Origin: Cetorhinus maximus
Taxonomy: Eukaryota
Direction of reading: 5' to 3'
NCBI RefSeq assembly: GCF_964194155.1
Contig: NC_135902.1
Span: 49,476,001 to 49,540,000, forward strand
DNA length: 64,000 bases
The notes under the pieces were generated by a model. The model saw nothing but the letters and a program-made list of their open reading frames with translations. It did no database searches and had not been told where the DNA came from. This document shows, piece after piece, positions 25,558 through 37,735 of this stretch; position 1 is the stretch's first letter; the number at the start of each line of letters is the position of its first letter. Position numbers and translations under genes: made by a program.

Positions 25558-26010
25558 TTATTCATTCATCAGTGCACATAAGCATCACTGGCAAGGCCAG
25601 CATTTATTGCCCATTCCTTATTGCCCTTCAAAAAGTGATGGTCAGCCTTCTTGAGCTGCAGCAGTCCATGTGGTGAAAGTACTCAGTATTGTTAGATTAA
25701 GGGAGTTGTAGGATTTTGACCAGGTAACAATGAAGGAATTGGAATAGACATACAAGTCAGCTTGGTAGTCTGACTTGGAGGAAAACCTCGAGGTGGTGAC
25801 CTGTTGCCCTTGTCCTTCTGATTGGCAGGCCCCGAATTTGGAAGGTGCTTTCAAAGATACTGCTTTGAGGTGAGTTACTGCAGGACAACTTGTTAATGGT
25901 ACACAGAGCAGCCACATAGGGAGTAAATGTTTAAGGTAGTAGATGGGGTGCCAGTCAAGCTGGTTGCATTGTTCTGGATGGTGTCTAGCTTGGTGGAGCA
26001 GTACACAAGG
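25558..26010 (-). mobile_element. CR1-type LINE (46441 family) 3' end, older copy
   Basis: attcattcat...ccagcatttattgccca...gcagtccatgtggtg is the reverse complement of the family tail. Confidence 0.8.
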
Positions 26011-26807
26011 CAACTATTAAAATGAACAGTTCCTGTGTGGAATTTATGGTTAAACATTTTCATTTGAAAGAAATTAAAGGAAGGTGGCACATGGCTCCAA
26101 TTGGCCGAATACAAAATTAGGTAGGTTCATACCCTCAATTTCTCATACTATGAATTCTTAATTGGTTATGGGGGGTTCAAAAGATCTACAAAACATATCA
26201 CTCAGACAACTGTCATAGACCATAACATGATAGGGAAGTATCAACAAAGGCTGGGAACAAGTCATTTGCTTATAATTGTAGGCAGGCATGCTATACTGTG
26301 CAGGGAGACTTAAAAAAGGGAAAGTGAGAAGAGAAATATGCTATAGTTCCTTTAAACCGTCAATATATTTTAGACAGCAAAATTGTTCACCACGGTCTAG
26401 CAACTCCTATGGAACATACTAAATTACAGGAAATGATGTGCAAAATAGAAACTAGGAAGATCAAGAACTAAGCATGAAAAGCAAATCATCCCCACCCACC
26501 AAAGAACCTTTGAGGAGGAAAAAAAAGTTTCAATCAAACCAGGATCTGATGCAGAAATGAGACTGCCTCTCGCACATCAGATTTAATGAATATGAATGCA
26601 CCGTTACCCACATGGACTGGACTGATGGTAAGCATGTGGATACCTTGCTGGGTTTTAAATTCAACATTGAACAAGAAAGAAAACTAGATAATCTACTGCA
26701 CAAGCCTTTAACAGTTCACAACCAGTGCCAAGTGGCTACAGTAAAAAAGAGAAAAAAGATTTAGCATGTATAGGTGGGCTAATGCAATACAAAAGTACAA
26801 TATTTTT

Positions 26808-29375
26808 AGAGTCAGAGGTCTACAGCACAGAAAAAGGCACTTCGGCCCAGCAAGTCTGCGCCGGTCAAACAAGTGCCTAAAACTTGTCTAATCCCATTTT
26901 CCAGCACTAGGCCTTGTACGCCATGGCATCGCAAGTGCACATCCAAATACTTCTTAAACATTATGAGGGTTTCTGCCTCTACCACCCTTTCAGGCAGTGA
27001 ATTCCAGATTCCCACCACCCTCTGGATGAAAAAATTCTTCCTCACATCCCCTCTAAACTTCCTGCCCCTTACCTTAAATCTATGCCCCCTGGTTATTGAT
27101 CCCTCCACCAAGGGGAAAAGTTCCTTCCTGTCTAACTTATCTATGCCCCTCATAATTTTATACACCTCAATCATGTTCCCCCTCAATCTCCTCTGCTCCA
27201 GGGAAAATAACCCCAGTCTATTCAATCTTCCCTCATAACTAAAACTCACTAACCCAGGCAACAACCTGGTAAATCTCCTCTGCACTCTCTCTCTCTCGCT
27301 CTCTCTCTAGTGCAATCACATCCTTCCTATAATGCAGATTCTGGAACTGCACGCAATACTCTAGCTGTGGCCTAACCAGTATTTTATACAGTTCCAGCAA
27401 AACCTCTCTGCTCTGATATTCTATGCCTCTTTTCCTTAACAGCCTTAAATCTAACGAAGTTATGATCACTATCTGCAAAATGCTCCCCCACTGATACCTC
27501 TCTACCACTTGCCCGGCTTCATTCCCTAAAATTAAGTCCAGGACCACCCCCTCTCTTTTAGGACTTTCTACATACTGGCTTACAAAGCTCTCCTGGGTGC
27601 ATTTTAAGAATTCAACTCCCTCTAAACCTATCACACTATGACTAACCCAGTTAATGTTGGGGAAGTTGAAATCCCCCACTATTACTACTCTATCATTTTT
27701 ACACTTCTCTGAAATTTGCCTACATATCTGCTCTTCTATTTCTCTGACTGTTTGGGGGCTTATAGTACACTCCCAGCAATGTGATTGCTCCTTTTTTGTT
27801 TTTTAGTTCTACCCATATGGCTTCATTTGACAGCCTGCTAAGATGTCATCCCTCCTTGCTGCTGCAATTGATTCCTTGATCAATTATGCGATGCCCCCTC
27901 CTCTTTTGCCTCCTTCCCTGTCTCGTCTGAAGACCCTATATCCTGAAATGTTGAGTTGCCAATCCTGCCCCTCTCTCAACCATGTCTCTGTGACAGCAAG
28001 GACATCATACTTCCATGTGTTAATTTGTGCCCTGAACTCATCTGCCTTATTCGTCAGACTCCTTGGATTAAAATAAATACCATCCAGCCTTGCCAAGCTC
28101 CCTTGTGCCTTAACTGGCCTATAATTTCTATGCTTTACAGACTCACTTGCGCTCTCTCCTAATTTTGGCTGTGCATCTCCCCCTGCTGAACCTCCTCTCA
28201 GGATCCCATCCCCCTGCCAAGTTAGTTTAAACCCTCCCCAACAGCACTAGCAAACCTCCCCACAAGGAGAGTTCCGGTTCAGGTACAACCCGTCCGCCTT
28301 GTACAGGTCCCACCGCCCCCAGTAACGGTCCAAATGTCCCAGAAATCTAAAGCCCTCCCTCCTGCAATATCTCTCCAGCCACACATTCATCTGGACTAAC
28401 CTCCTATTTCTATACTCACTAGCACGTGGCACCAGACGTAATCCAGAGATTACTGCTTTTGAGGTCCTGTTTTGTAATCTGTTTCCTAGCTCCCTAAATT
28501 CTGCCTGCAGAATCTCACTCCTCTTTCTACCTATGTCGCTGGTACCAACATGTACCACGATCTCTGTCTGTTTGCCCTCCCCCTTTAGAATGCCTTGCAA
28601 CCGTTCGGTGACATCCTTGACCCTGGCACCAGGGAGGCAACATACCATCCTGGAGTCACGTTTATGGTCGCAGAAATGCCCGTCTGTTCCCCTTACTATC
28701 AAGTCTCCTACCACTATTGCTCTTCCCCTCTTTTTCCTCCCCCCACCCCCGTGCAGCTGAGCCACTCAGTGCCATGAGCGTGTCTGCACTCCCCAGAGAG
28801 ACCGTCACTCTAACCGTTTTCCAATGCAGAAAAACGGTTCTCGAGCGATATGCATCCTGGGGATTTCCTGACTACCTGCCTGACACCTTTCTTCTGACTG
28901 ATGGTCACCCATTCCCTGTGTCTGCACTTCCATAAACTGTGGGGGTGAGCACATCTAAAAACGTGCTATCTACGAAACACTCAGCCTCACGGATGCACCT
29001 CAGTGCCTCCAGCTGCCGCTCAAGCTCCGAAACTTGGAGCTCAAGGAGCTGCAGCTGGTGGCACTTCCTGCACACATGGTCGGTCAGAGCACAAGGAGCG
29101 TCTAGGGCTTCCCACATTTTACAGGCAGTACATAATACAAGACTGAGCTGTCCTGTCATGCCTCTAGTTGAAACAAAACCCTTACTTTAAGTTAAATACA
29201 GTAAAAAGTTAAATTATTTACGTACATTAAATAAAATCTAGAACCCTTACCTTTCCTTAGCTTAATCTATTTTAAACTGGAGAAAAAAACTGTAGAAAAA
29301 CACTTACCCACTACTCACCCATCAGCTCTCACCTTTGTGCTGACATCACTTTTTGAAGCTTTCCCGCACTTGCAG
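26808..29375 (-). mobile_element. CR1 LINE with ORF1 (Cys-rich + SGNH esterase) and APE, RT deleted
   Basis: 28905-29159 CTAC..CRKC plus leucine heptads; 28247-28765 IVVGD, CLPGA, VHVGTSD, DGLYLN; APE VTETWL, GDFNFP, LDLIL; joins ORF2 C-terminus near 27430. Confidence 0.93.
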
Positions 29376-29379
29376 AGAA

Positions 29380-29960
29380 TCTGTGCAGGATTTGGTTAGG
29401 CCCAGCTAGAATACTGTGTTTAGTTCTAGTCCTTTTGCACGCTGGGATTTGATTTGATTCATTAAGGACTAAACTGTGTTCATGTGGCCAGGTTTATTTA
29501 AATTAGGTAAGTGAGAGAAAACAAGGGGACAAGTGTATAACTAAGCAATGTTAAAGGTTGGGAGGTCTCGCTTTTCGCAGAAGGTTATAGATCTTTAGAA
29601 TAAGTGGGTGCCTCGTGAAGATTCATTGCAAACTTTCAAATAAGAGCTCTACATGTTCCTAAAGGAGACTGATGCCTCTGGATACAATAGGTAGGTGGGG
29701 TCATTGGTGATATACCTCATGGTCAATGTAATCTCCTGGAGCTCATTTTAGTTTACTGAGGGGAGGAGGAAGCTCCTAGAACTTTTATTTTCCCCTGAAT
29801 TGGCTTAGGTGCCTTCTTTTGTAAATTTTGTTTGCATTTCCTGGTAAGTTACATGGCTGCTGGTGAAGAGCACTGAGGGTTGAGTTGCTTTGTTGCAACA
29901 TGACTGAATGGGACAGACTTGATAAACAAGCTGGTCTTTTTCTGCCCTCTTTTTTGCATA
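29380..29960 (+). mobile_element. old CR1 3' fragment
   Basis: ttggttaggcccagctagaatactgtgtttagttct (LVRP.LEYCV motif) followed by decayed 3' region. Confidence 0.55.
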
Positions 29961-30199
29961 TTAAATGTAAGTCTGCTGAACTAAGTGATTACAACTAAAA
30001 CTTAAATCAGGAGAAAGCCGAAATTCCTGACCTGCATTTATCCTCTTCCAACCAAAAGGAAAACATCTAGAACATTAATATATCTTGTAAAATACATGGT
30101 CTTTATTATTTGTTAATCGACTGAACATTATTCACTTGGAAGGATGAATGATATCATTGTAAGATTGCAAATTACTTCCGTTACTCCATTGTGCACGCT

Positions 30200-30495
30200 G
30201 TGGCCCATTCTGATCTGTCGAGCATCTCCTATTTTAAAATCATTCCATCATTGGCGGTTGAGCTTTCAGCTACCAGTGCTGGAATTCCACCCTTAAACCT
30301 CTCGATCTCTCTACCTCACCTTCCTCCTTTAAAATGCTCCTTAAAGCCTAACACTTTGACCAATCTTTTGGTCATCTGCCCTAACATGTCATGTGGCTCA
30401 GTGCCAAATTTTATTTGATCATGTTCCTGTTAAGTGCCATGGGACATTTTATTAAGTTAGTGGCTCTATACAAAAACCAAGCTGTATTAGTTATT
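30200..30495 (+). mobile_element. L2 3' end
   Basis: ctggaattccacccttaaacc...tcctttaaaatgctccttaaa...ggctcagtgccaaatttt. Confidence 0.75.
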
Positions 30496-30730
30496 GCTGT
30501 CGATGAAGGAATTGCCCATTGTATAGACAATTATTTGTAATTTGTTCCTGCAATTTAAGAATATACTCTACCAGCTGCATTCTGGGGATGACCAAATAAA
30601 TTCCTGAAACCCAAAAAAAGGACGGAACAAAGGAGGTCCTAGAAAGCTAACCCTAACCATATCTGATTTTTATATACTGGCTAAAAATGCCAATGAAGAA
30701 TAAGGGCAGACAAAACAAGGCACACATCAA

Positions 30731-30830
30731 GGTTCTGATGAAGGATCATAGGCCTGAAGCGTTAACTTTTTCTCTTCACAGGTGCTGAGTGACTTGCTGA
30801 GTATTTCCAGCATTATCTTTTTTTTATTGC
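30731..30830 (+). mobile_element. Penelope-like terminal fragment (family A) with hammerhead motif
   Basis: ggtt-CTGATGA-a-ggatc(ata)ggcct-GAAG-cgtt-aact; flanked by cacaca(t/c)caa (30721-30730 / 30831-30840). Confidence 0.7.
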
Positions 30831-31246
30831 CACACACCAAAGTCTCCACAATCAAACCAAACATGTGCAGGTTTAAAATATTTTCATCTTGTTAGGCATC
30901 TGTAGATAATATTTAATAGAAACACTGCATCACTTTTGAGCAACAGTCTGTCCAATTCACTAAGAACACCAATGCCATTGATCTGTGGTGTCTTGGTGAT
31001 CTGAGCAACAGAGATTATGTAAAAAAAAACCTCTTTTTGAGTCCTATTCAAACCAGCTCTATTTGTTTCTACTAATATTTCTGCCATGTCACCATATTAT
31101 GACTACAAGGTTAGGATTGATTTGCTATGAATCTGATGTGTAAGTCATGTGTTTATGTTCTTTCATGGGATTATATATACACCAGTCATTATGGTAATAC
31201 TTAAGAAAGTCAAAGGAATTAAAGCAAAATTTTTGCAAATACAAAA

Positions 31247-31289
31247 ATATATATATATATAATATATATATATATATATACACACACAC
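31247..31289. repeat. (TA)n(CA)n microsatellite
   Basis: Seen directly. Confidence 0.9.
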
Positions 31290-31445
31290 AACTAGGAGGG
31301 GTATTCATTTGCTTGTGCTACTTTTAAACTTTCATTGCCCAAGATAAAAAAGGCATCTGTCTGAGTTGGGAAAGTAGTACACGCAGCGAGTTCACTTTTC
31401 GTCCCTAGAGAATACATAGAGTAGATCAGATCTGTCAGTCACCAT

Positions 31446-31615
31446 CACTGGTACATTCTCCATGGCAACGCCTCTACCAGAGTCCACTTGCAAACCAATC
31501 AGCACTCTCTTCTCATACTGTACAAATTGTTGCTTTCCCCTTATACTGGTATTCTTGCGGAATGTCCTGATGACTGCAAGACAAAAAGCTTTGACGTCCA
31601 TTTTTTCAGCAATAA
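31446..31615 (+). mobile_element. Penelope-like terminal fragment (family B), degenerate hammerhead
   Basis: Homologous to 15169-15290; atgtc-CTGATGA-ctgcaagac-AAAA-agct-tt-gacgt. Confidence 0.7.
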
Positions 31616-34600
31616 CTGAAGATCATTGCACCAAATGGCTACCAGCTTGTATCAGGAACAGTTACGAATATTTCAGAGAACAAACCATGAAAACCTTCGT
31701 GCCTTTTAATAGTAATCTGAACACCAGAAGTGATCACTTCTTTGCAACCACTTCTTTATTTTTCATACATAAACATTTATTCAATTTTAGTTTTTGTGCT
31801 CACAGTAGGTACAACAGCATTAACAGTATTCCAGGTACTCTATTCACAAGGCTATCCATGCTAAGGGGTGAACCATTTGACATAATTGCTCAAGTTTACC
31901 AATAAATAATACTATAGGCATATGATAGTTCAGATAGCCATTCTTGGCTAGAAATATAAATTCATTGGTGACCCAGTTGTGAAGTGGTTATATTTTGCTG
32001 GAGATTAATCCGGAAGAGAAGTTAGTGAAAGTTTGTTCAAAAAGCTAATTTATCCAAAAATGGTTGTTACGGCACAATTTGAAAGTACAATTTATCATCA
32101 CCACAGTAATCAAAGGTGAATCAAGACTGATGGCACAACCAAATGTCAGGTAACAATTGGGATTTTAAGAGAAGTGGTCAGCTTTAGTCAGCGACTTCTC
32201 TCTATCATCAGGCTGAGATGGATTTCCAACTCCAAGTCCTACCATCACATTCAGACATGCAAAGAAATGCGATAAAGCTTCACTGATGACATATTGGGTA
32301 AAGGAACCACCCAGTGTAGTATTAAGACAAATAAAAATGTACACAGCAGTAAAAATGCATAATAAGGCATGCACATTGAAATACTATACTGTAAGACAAC
32401 AAAATAAAAATGAGAGAACTCAAAGCAATGCAAATCATGAATAGTATTCATAATACATTCTCATGAATGAATCACAGCAGATCTGCTTAAAAGGTTGTAT
32501 TACTATAGTGAATTAGGAAGAGAGGAATGTTTATAAGTATTTTTTGTACATGTACTTAGCCTATAGTTTTTAAAAAATTGAGTTTCTGTTACAACACAAT
32601 GTCCCTCATCATTATATTTAGGAATGTAGTGCCAATCTGGCAATTTGTACTCACTCTACTCAACAATAATGGTGTTTACTTACATAAACAGCTTCAAGCC
32701 TGTCATATTCTCAATTGGTTACTTCATCTGGCCAGGACATTCGCAGACACACACAAATTAGAGCATTACCAAGAAAGCCATAGTCCTCACCACAGCCAAA
32801 TGAAAGAAAATAAATCAAATTTCATTTATTTTTATGATAAGAAGCTGATGTTAAAATAGATTTGCAAACAGTTTAGACTCCTAATTAGCAGCTTAAGCAA
32901 CTTTATGAACTACTGATTCTGTGCAGCGCTATTCGAATTATGCAATGCATTTGAATTTATGTACACACAAATTCAGGTCACATCTGAGAGATTTTCTAAT
33001 GACATATTGAGTTTGATGAAGTCAATAAGATATTGTGCTCAGTAATTCTAGGAATCTGAAAGCTTTTTTTTTAAAAAAAGCACAATTAGATTCAAGTGCA
33101 ATTTTTTTTTCTTCCCTGATAATTTTCTTTCCAAGGCCACTGCTTCCATTCCCTTTCCCTCCCATATGACCATGTCATTCCACCGATCATACTTGGCAAA
33201 AACCTGCATCAAAGCACTCTGACACAACAAATTAGTATCCGATAGACCCACTCACTCAGGAGTTGTTTTATGTTTCATAGTCATACATATGAACTGAGGA
33301 AAAGGGCAAGGAAAGAATATTAGACTCAAAGCTATTCTTATCTTTTGGACAAGACAACTTCAGTATCATAGTACTAATACAGCACAGAAGGGGGCCCATT
33401 TTGCCCATGTGCCAATGCCGGCTCTTTCCCACATAGCCCTATAAATTTTCCATTCAAGTTCATGCTCTGTCTCCAATAGTACATATCTCTAACTCCTGGG
33501 GAGGCATAAAGAGGGTAAAAAAGACGGCTACTTCACAAAAAATTCTTGGAAATTCATCCCCAAATTCTTATGGTAATCAAATAAACTCTAAGAGACAATG
33601 GTTTCTAAACATAATTACTTTTTAATCTTACGTCCTTTTCACTCACTTGCACCTGGATAACTCATGCCAGTGGCCATTATTTTTGTGTGGCAGACATTTT
33701 GATCACATGACACATCACAGCCAAACTAATCTGATCAACACCCACAGATCAGGAGTAAGGACATTGCCCAATTTATTTCCTCCTGTTGCTGTTACAGACC
33801 AAGATGAGAGGAGTGCTCAATCAATTCTATCCCCACTTCTCCACAGGTCGTAACAATAGTTTAAATGTTTAATTCACCCTCAAAGCTGACTAATCGTTAC
33901 CCTTTGATACTGTTATTCCATACTGGCTTATTTCAGTAAACAAGAAAATATTGATTTATTATAAAACAAACTACTTTTTAAAAACAAGTTAATAAACTGG
34001 TTAACATACAAGTTGTAGTTTAGAAGAGTAACAATTTTTACCTTTTTAAAAAAACAACAGATATTCGAACCCTCATTCACTCTCACACAGACACAATACA
34101 GGACAAAATAAACAGTCCCCATCAGAGGCTGGAGGATGGAAGGAAGATTTAACATCAAGGTTGAGCAGAGAGGGGGAAAGAGTCTTTTCCTTGCAGCCTG
34201 CTCCTAAGGCACACTCACAATCACTCTGGCTGAGAGTTTTAAAAGATTATGTTCAGAGAATAACTTTTCTTAGGCCAGGTGTTTTCAACCAATCAGAAGA
34301 GTCCTTAGTCTGGCAACATCAGTTCTTTGTTAACTTAGATATACAAAGTAGCTCTTCCCTTTCCAAGTGTTCCCTGCTGGACATCTATCTTGACCTATGG
34401 TTTCTTGAAGAATGGCATATTCACAGCCTCGAATTAATATTGCAAACCTTTAAAAATAACTCAGGAGGAACAATGTCCAAAATTCAATGTCCTTCAAATT
34501 TTCCAAAAACAGGTTCCTCACACTCCATAACCCAAAGATTTGAAAGTCAATTGTAGCTCCCCTTCTTTCTCCACCCCAGTAGAAGTCAATCAACACAGCA

Positions 34601-36889
34601 TAGCCCGGAGATTATTTTTGAGTGTCATGCCCTGCATAACTTAACAAATAAATTCACTGAGCCATCAGGGGAAACTCCAAAACCTACCCAATGACAAAAA
34701 AGTTTAAATAAATAAAGGCAAAGTGAGAAAGTAAGAACCATTTTTAATAAATGGCATGTCGAGAATAAACAACTCCAAGGCTGTAATATTTTTCAGGGTG
34801 AATAAGATACTGATACACCAATCAAGCCTGACTTGTTATTTATATCAAACCAGTGTATTGTCAAGCATACACTAGGACTTAGACAGAAATGACAAATTTT
34901 ATGCTTGCTTCTACATCAAAACATCATGCAGAGCTCATGTGCCCACACAAACATGTAGTTCCACCAATAAAAGTGGACTGCTGTCTTAGTGCATTGGCAG
35001 CTGCACTGAGCCTTTTGCCTCTGCTGCTCCTCTACGAATATGTTTAACACGGGTATGTCTATTGGAAAGACCATCCCAAGATGTTTAGGGCCTCCAAAAA
35101 CCTTTGTGGGGATGAGGAGGGTCATAAGGTGAAATAGTTTGGGTGCTTGGAGACTGCCACCATTTTGGTTTAGTGCAGTACACTGTATGAAAGATTTAAC
35201 AGAAGGAATTGCAGAAAAATTTCTATTCAACTCCAGAAATCTTAGCTACTGTACACCCAGGTACCTTCCGGATATGCTGTGTCTAAATATTTGGTCATAA
35301 ATCTCGACCCAGTTCAGGAAACCTGTGAGAGCTGGTCCTTTGAGTGGGACAGAGCTAGATAAATAATAAGTGTTTTGACAGGTGGGTCTTGAATGAAATG
35401 ATATTTTGTTGTAAATCCACCATAAATCGATTACACAAATTTCTTCGGAAAAAAATAGCACGTCATTTCTCTTGCCATTATGTCAACAACTCAACAAATT
35501 CTGGACTTGGGAATTCCTAACATAAATGTACCTGTTTAACATTAATGTAAGGACCATTAGCCCAATGAAAGAGTAAGTTTAAGTGACCAAAGTTAATAAC
35601 TGGATTACATGAAATAAGTGTTCATGTCACAGTGGGTGGGTTTACACTCTGATCTCAAAGTTAAGTTGCTTGCTGTTTATGCTGGAATTAGTGGAATCTG
35701 AAAAGCTTACATGGTCACAACTAATTGGAAAGTTCTCTGCTTCAATTGGTGAATACATCCAATCCAATATTACGAATAGGATTTAAATTTAGTCATGAAA
35801 GTCTCCCCAAGTCAATTTTCAAGAGTCTAATATTTCAGCTGAGAAGTCGAAAGTTAAGAAAACTTTGGAGCAATGAAGCTAAGCTGCACCTCCAGGTAGA
35901 CTCAACACACTTTTTAAAAAAATATGATTTAGAATTTAATACATGTGCTAATTACAGAACATCACCACCACACCAATTTCTAATCCGCCGATGGGCTGCC
36001 CAGATTAGATCAATTTAGGGTGTAGAATTACCTGAATTAAAAGCTAAACCATTCATTAAATAATTGAACATATGCCTCGATGCAACACCACACAGATAAA
36101 AAGTAACAAGATTTCTCATTCACAAAGAAACAAACTCATTAGCCTAGCACCCATGACTCCCTCCTTGTGTGAGCAATTATGAAAATTAAAACAGGAAGAA
36201 ATCAATTTTTTGAAAAGCATAAGTATCTGAACCCAGCCAACCCAGCCTCAGACTGCTTAAACACATCTTAATTGCATTTTTTTTTAAAACATGGCTCATC
36301 AGTAACAGTGTTTTTGATTTAGGATGTTGAAATCATCAGAGCCAGACTGGAAAAAAATGTTGATATGGTAGTCAACAAAATCATTGAATGAATGAGTGAG
36401 TATAATTCCAGTCTGGCCTCGAAGGAGTGAAAGTATGGAGTCTTCTTTGCTTGCATTTCCTGCACTATAACAGTGACTACATTTCTAAAGTACTTTATTG
36501 GTTGTAAAGCGCTTTAAGACATCGGGTGGTTGTGAAAAGCACAATATAAATGCTCTTCTTTCTTTTCTTTTTTGGCAGAACTAGCACTCAGTTCACTGAT
36601 GTGCGTATTTATTTGAAATATATTAAACATTTTTAGAAATAATAGTTAAAAATATGGGGCAACAATCTTCAAACTGCAGCTGAGCAAGAGGCAGAATAAA
36701 ACACCATGCTGATGTCCTGATACAATATAGCAGAGAATAGTTTGCGTTTCTCCTTAAGAGGTCAGTCTTGGAAGTGCTGCTGCAGTAGTCGGGGGAAGAT
36801 TAGGGAAAGAATTCATGGCAAAGGGTCGAAAATAGATTGCCTCCTCAACCCTCTCAACCAAGAACAAAATATAATCTAGACACATTTTT

Positions 36890-37092
36890 AAAAACTTGCA
36901 TTTTATATAGCACTTTTCACAATGACTGGACATCTCAAAGTGCTTTACAGCCCATGAAATACTTTTGAAGTGTGGTCACAGAGGCTAATTTGCAAACACC
37001 AAACTCCCACAAACAACAACAGGATAATGGCCAGATTATCTTTTATTTTGTGATGTTGACTGAGGGATGAATATTGGCCAGGATACTGAGGA
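36890..37092 (-). mobile_element. DeuSINE 3' half (a plus-strand tail also lies at ~36445-36570)
   Basis: acttgcattttatatagcac...ctcccacaaac...gagggatgaatattggccagga matches the 6316 and 43103 copies. Confidence 0.75.
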
Positions 37093-37357
37093 TACATTAG
37101 TATCATCACAGGAAACAGAGATCAGAATTGCACTTAGACTCCAGGAAAATAGATATAATTTCTCACAACTGTCTCTTCCCTTATGATTCAAATGTGCATC
37201 ATACAACCAGAAAGAGAACTTCTGTTTTTTAAAATCTACTACTGAGGATTATGTTGGCAAAATCAGAAAAAGCAAACAGGGTCACAAGCTCTCCCTCCTC
37301 CGAGACGGTGCCCAGCACTGGCACCAAGACCCAGGTGGCATCCAACCCAGCTCTTAC

Positions 37358-37600
37358 CCTGCTCGTGGCTTGGGGAGGAGAGTCGCGCTAAGTGCCAACA
37401 CTCTGAACAAGTTTGACACGAGTCACTTGTTTTCTCCTCCCCATCTACTACTCTTTCTACTCAATCCAATCTTGGCACTGGCATCATGGTTCCAGAGATT
37501 TTTTTCTTCTTCTCAAGACCATTTAAAAACGTCTCCTACAGGGCCGCAGACACACACCAGCTCGGCTGCTTGATTGGACACATCTCCCCGCTGATTGGCT
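37358..37600 (-). promoter_or_regulatory. candidate promoter and non-coding first exon of a minus-strand gene
   Basis: Two minus-strand CCAAT boxes (agccaatcag ~37591-37600, tccaatcaag ~37569-37578), local CpG retention, donor CAGG|gtaaga at 37358/37357. Confidence 0.45.
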
Positions 37601-37660
37601 GGCATGCGTCTGTATCTAGACTGATTACAGCATGCATGTGGAGTGAAGAGAGGGCTGATT

Positions 37661-37735
37661 TGTGTGTGGGTGTGGGTGGATGGTGTGTGTGTTTGTGTGT
37701 GTGTGTGTGTGGGGGTGGGGGTGGGGGTGGGGGGG
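37661..37735. repeat. (GT)n plus (GGGGGT)n tract
   Basis: Seen directly; four G5-G7 runs at 37711-37735 could form a G-quadruplex. Confidence 0.85.

Noticed and set aside
33880-34770. Possible solo LTR, and ORF 34161-34556
   Set aside because: No TG..CA ends, TSD or second copy could be fixed; the ORF has no recognisable domain.
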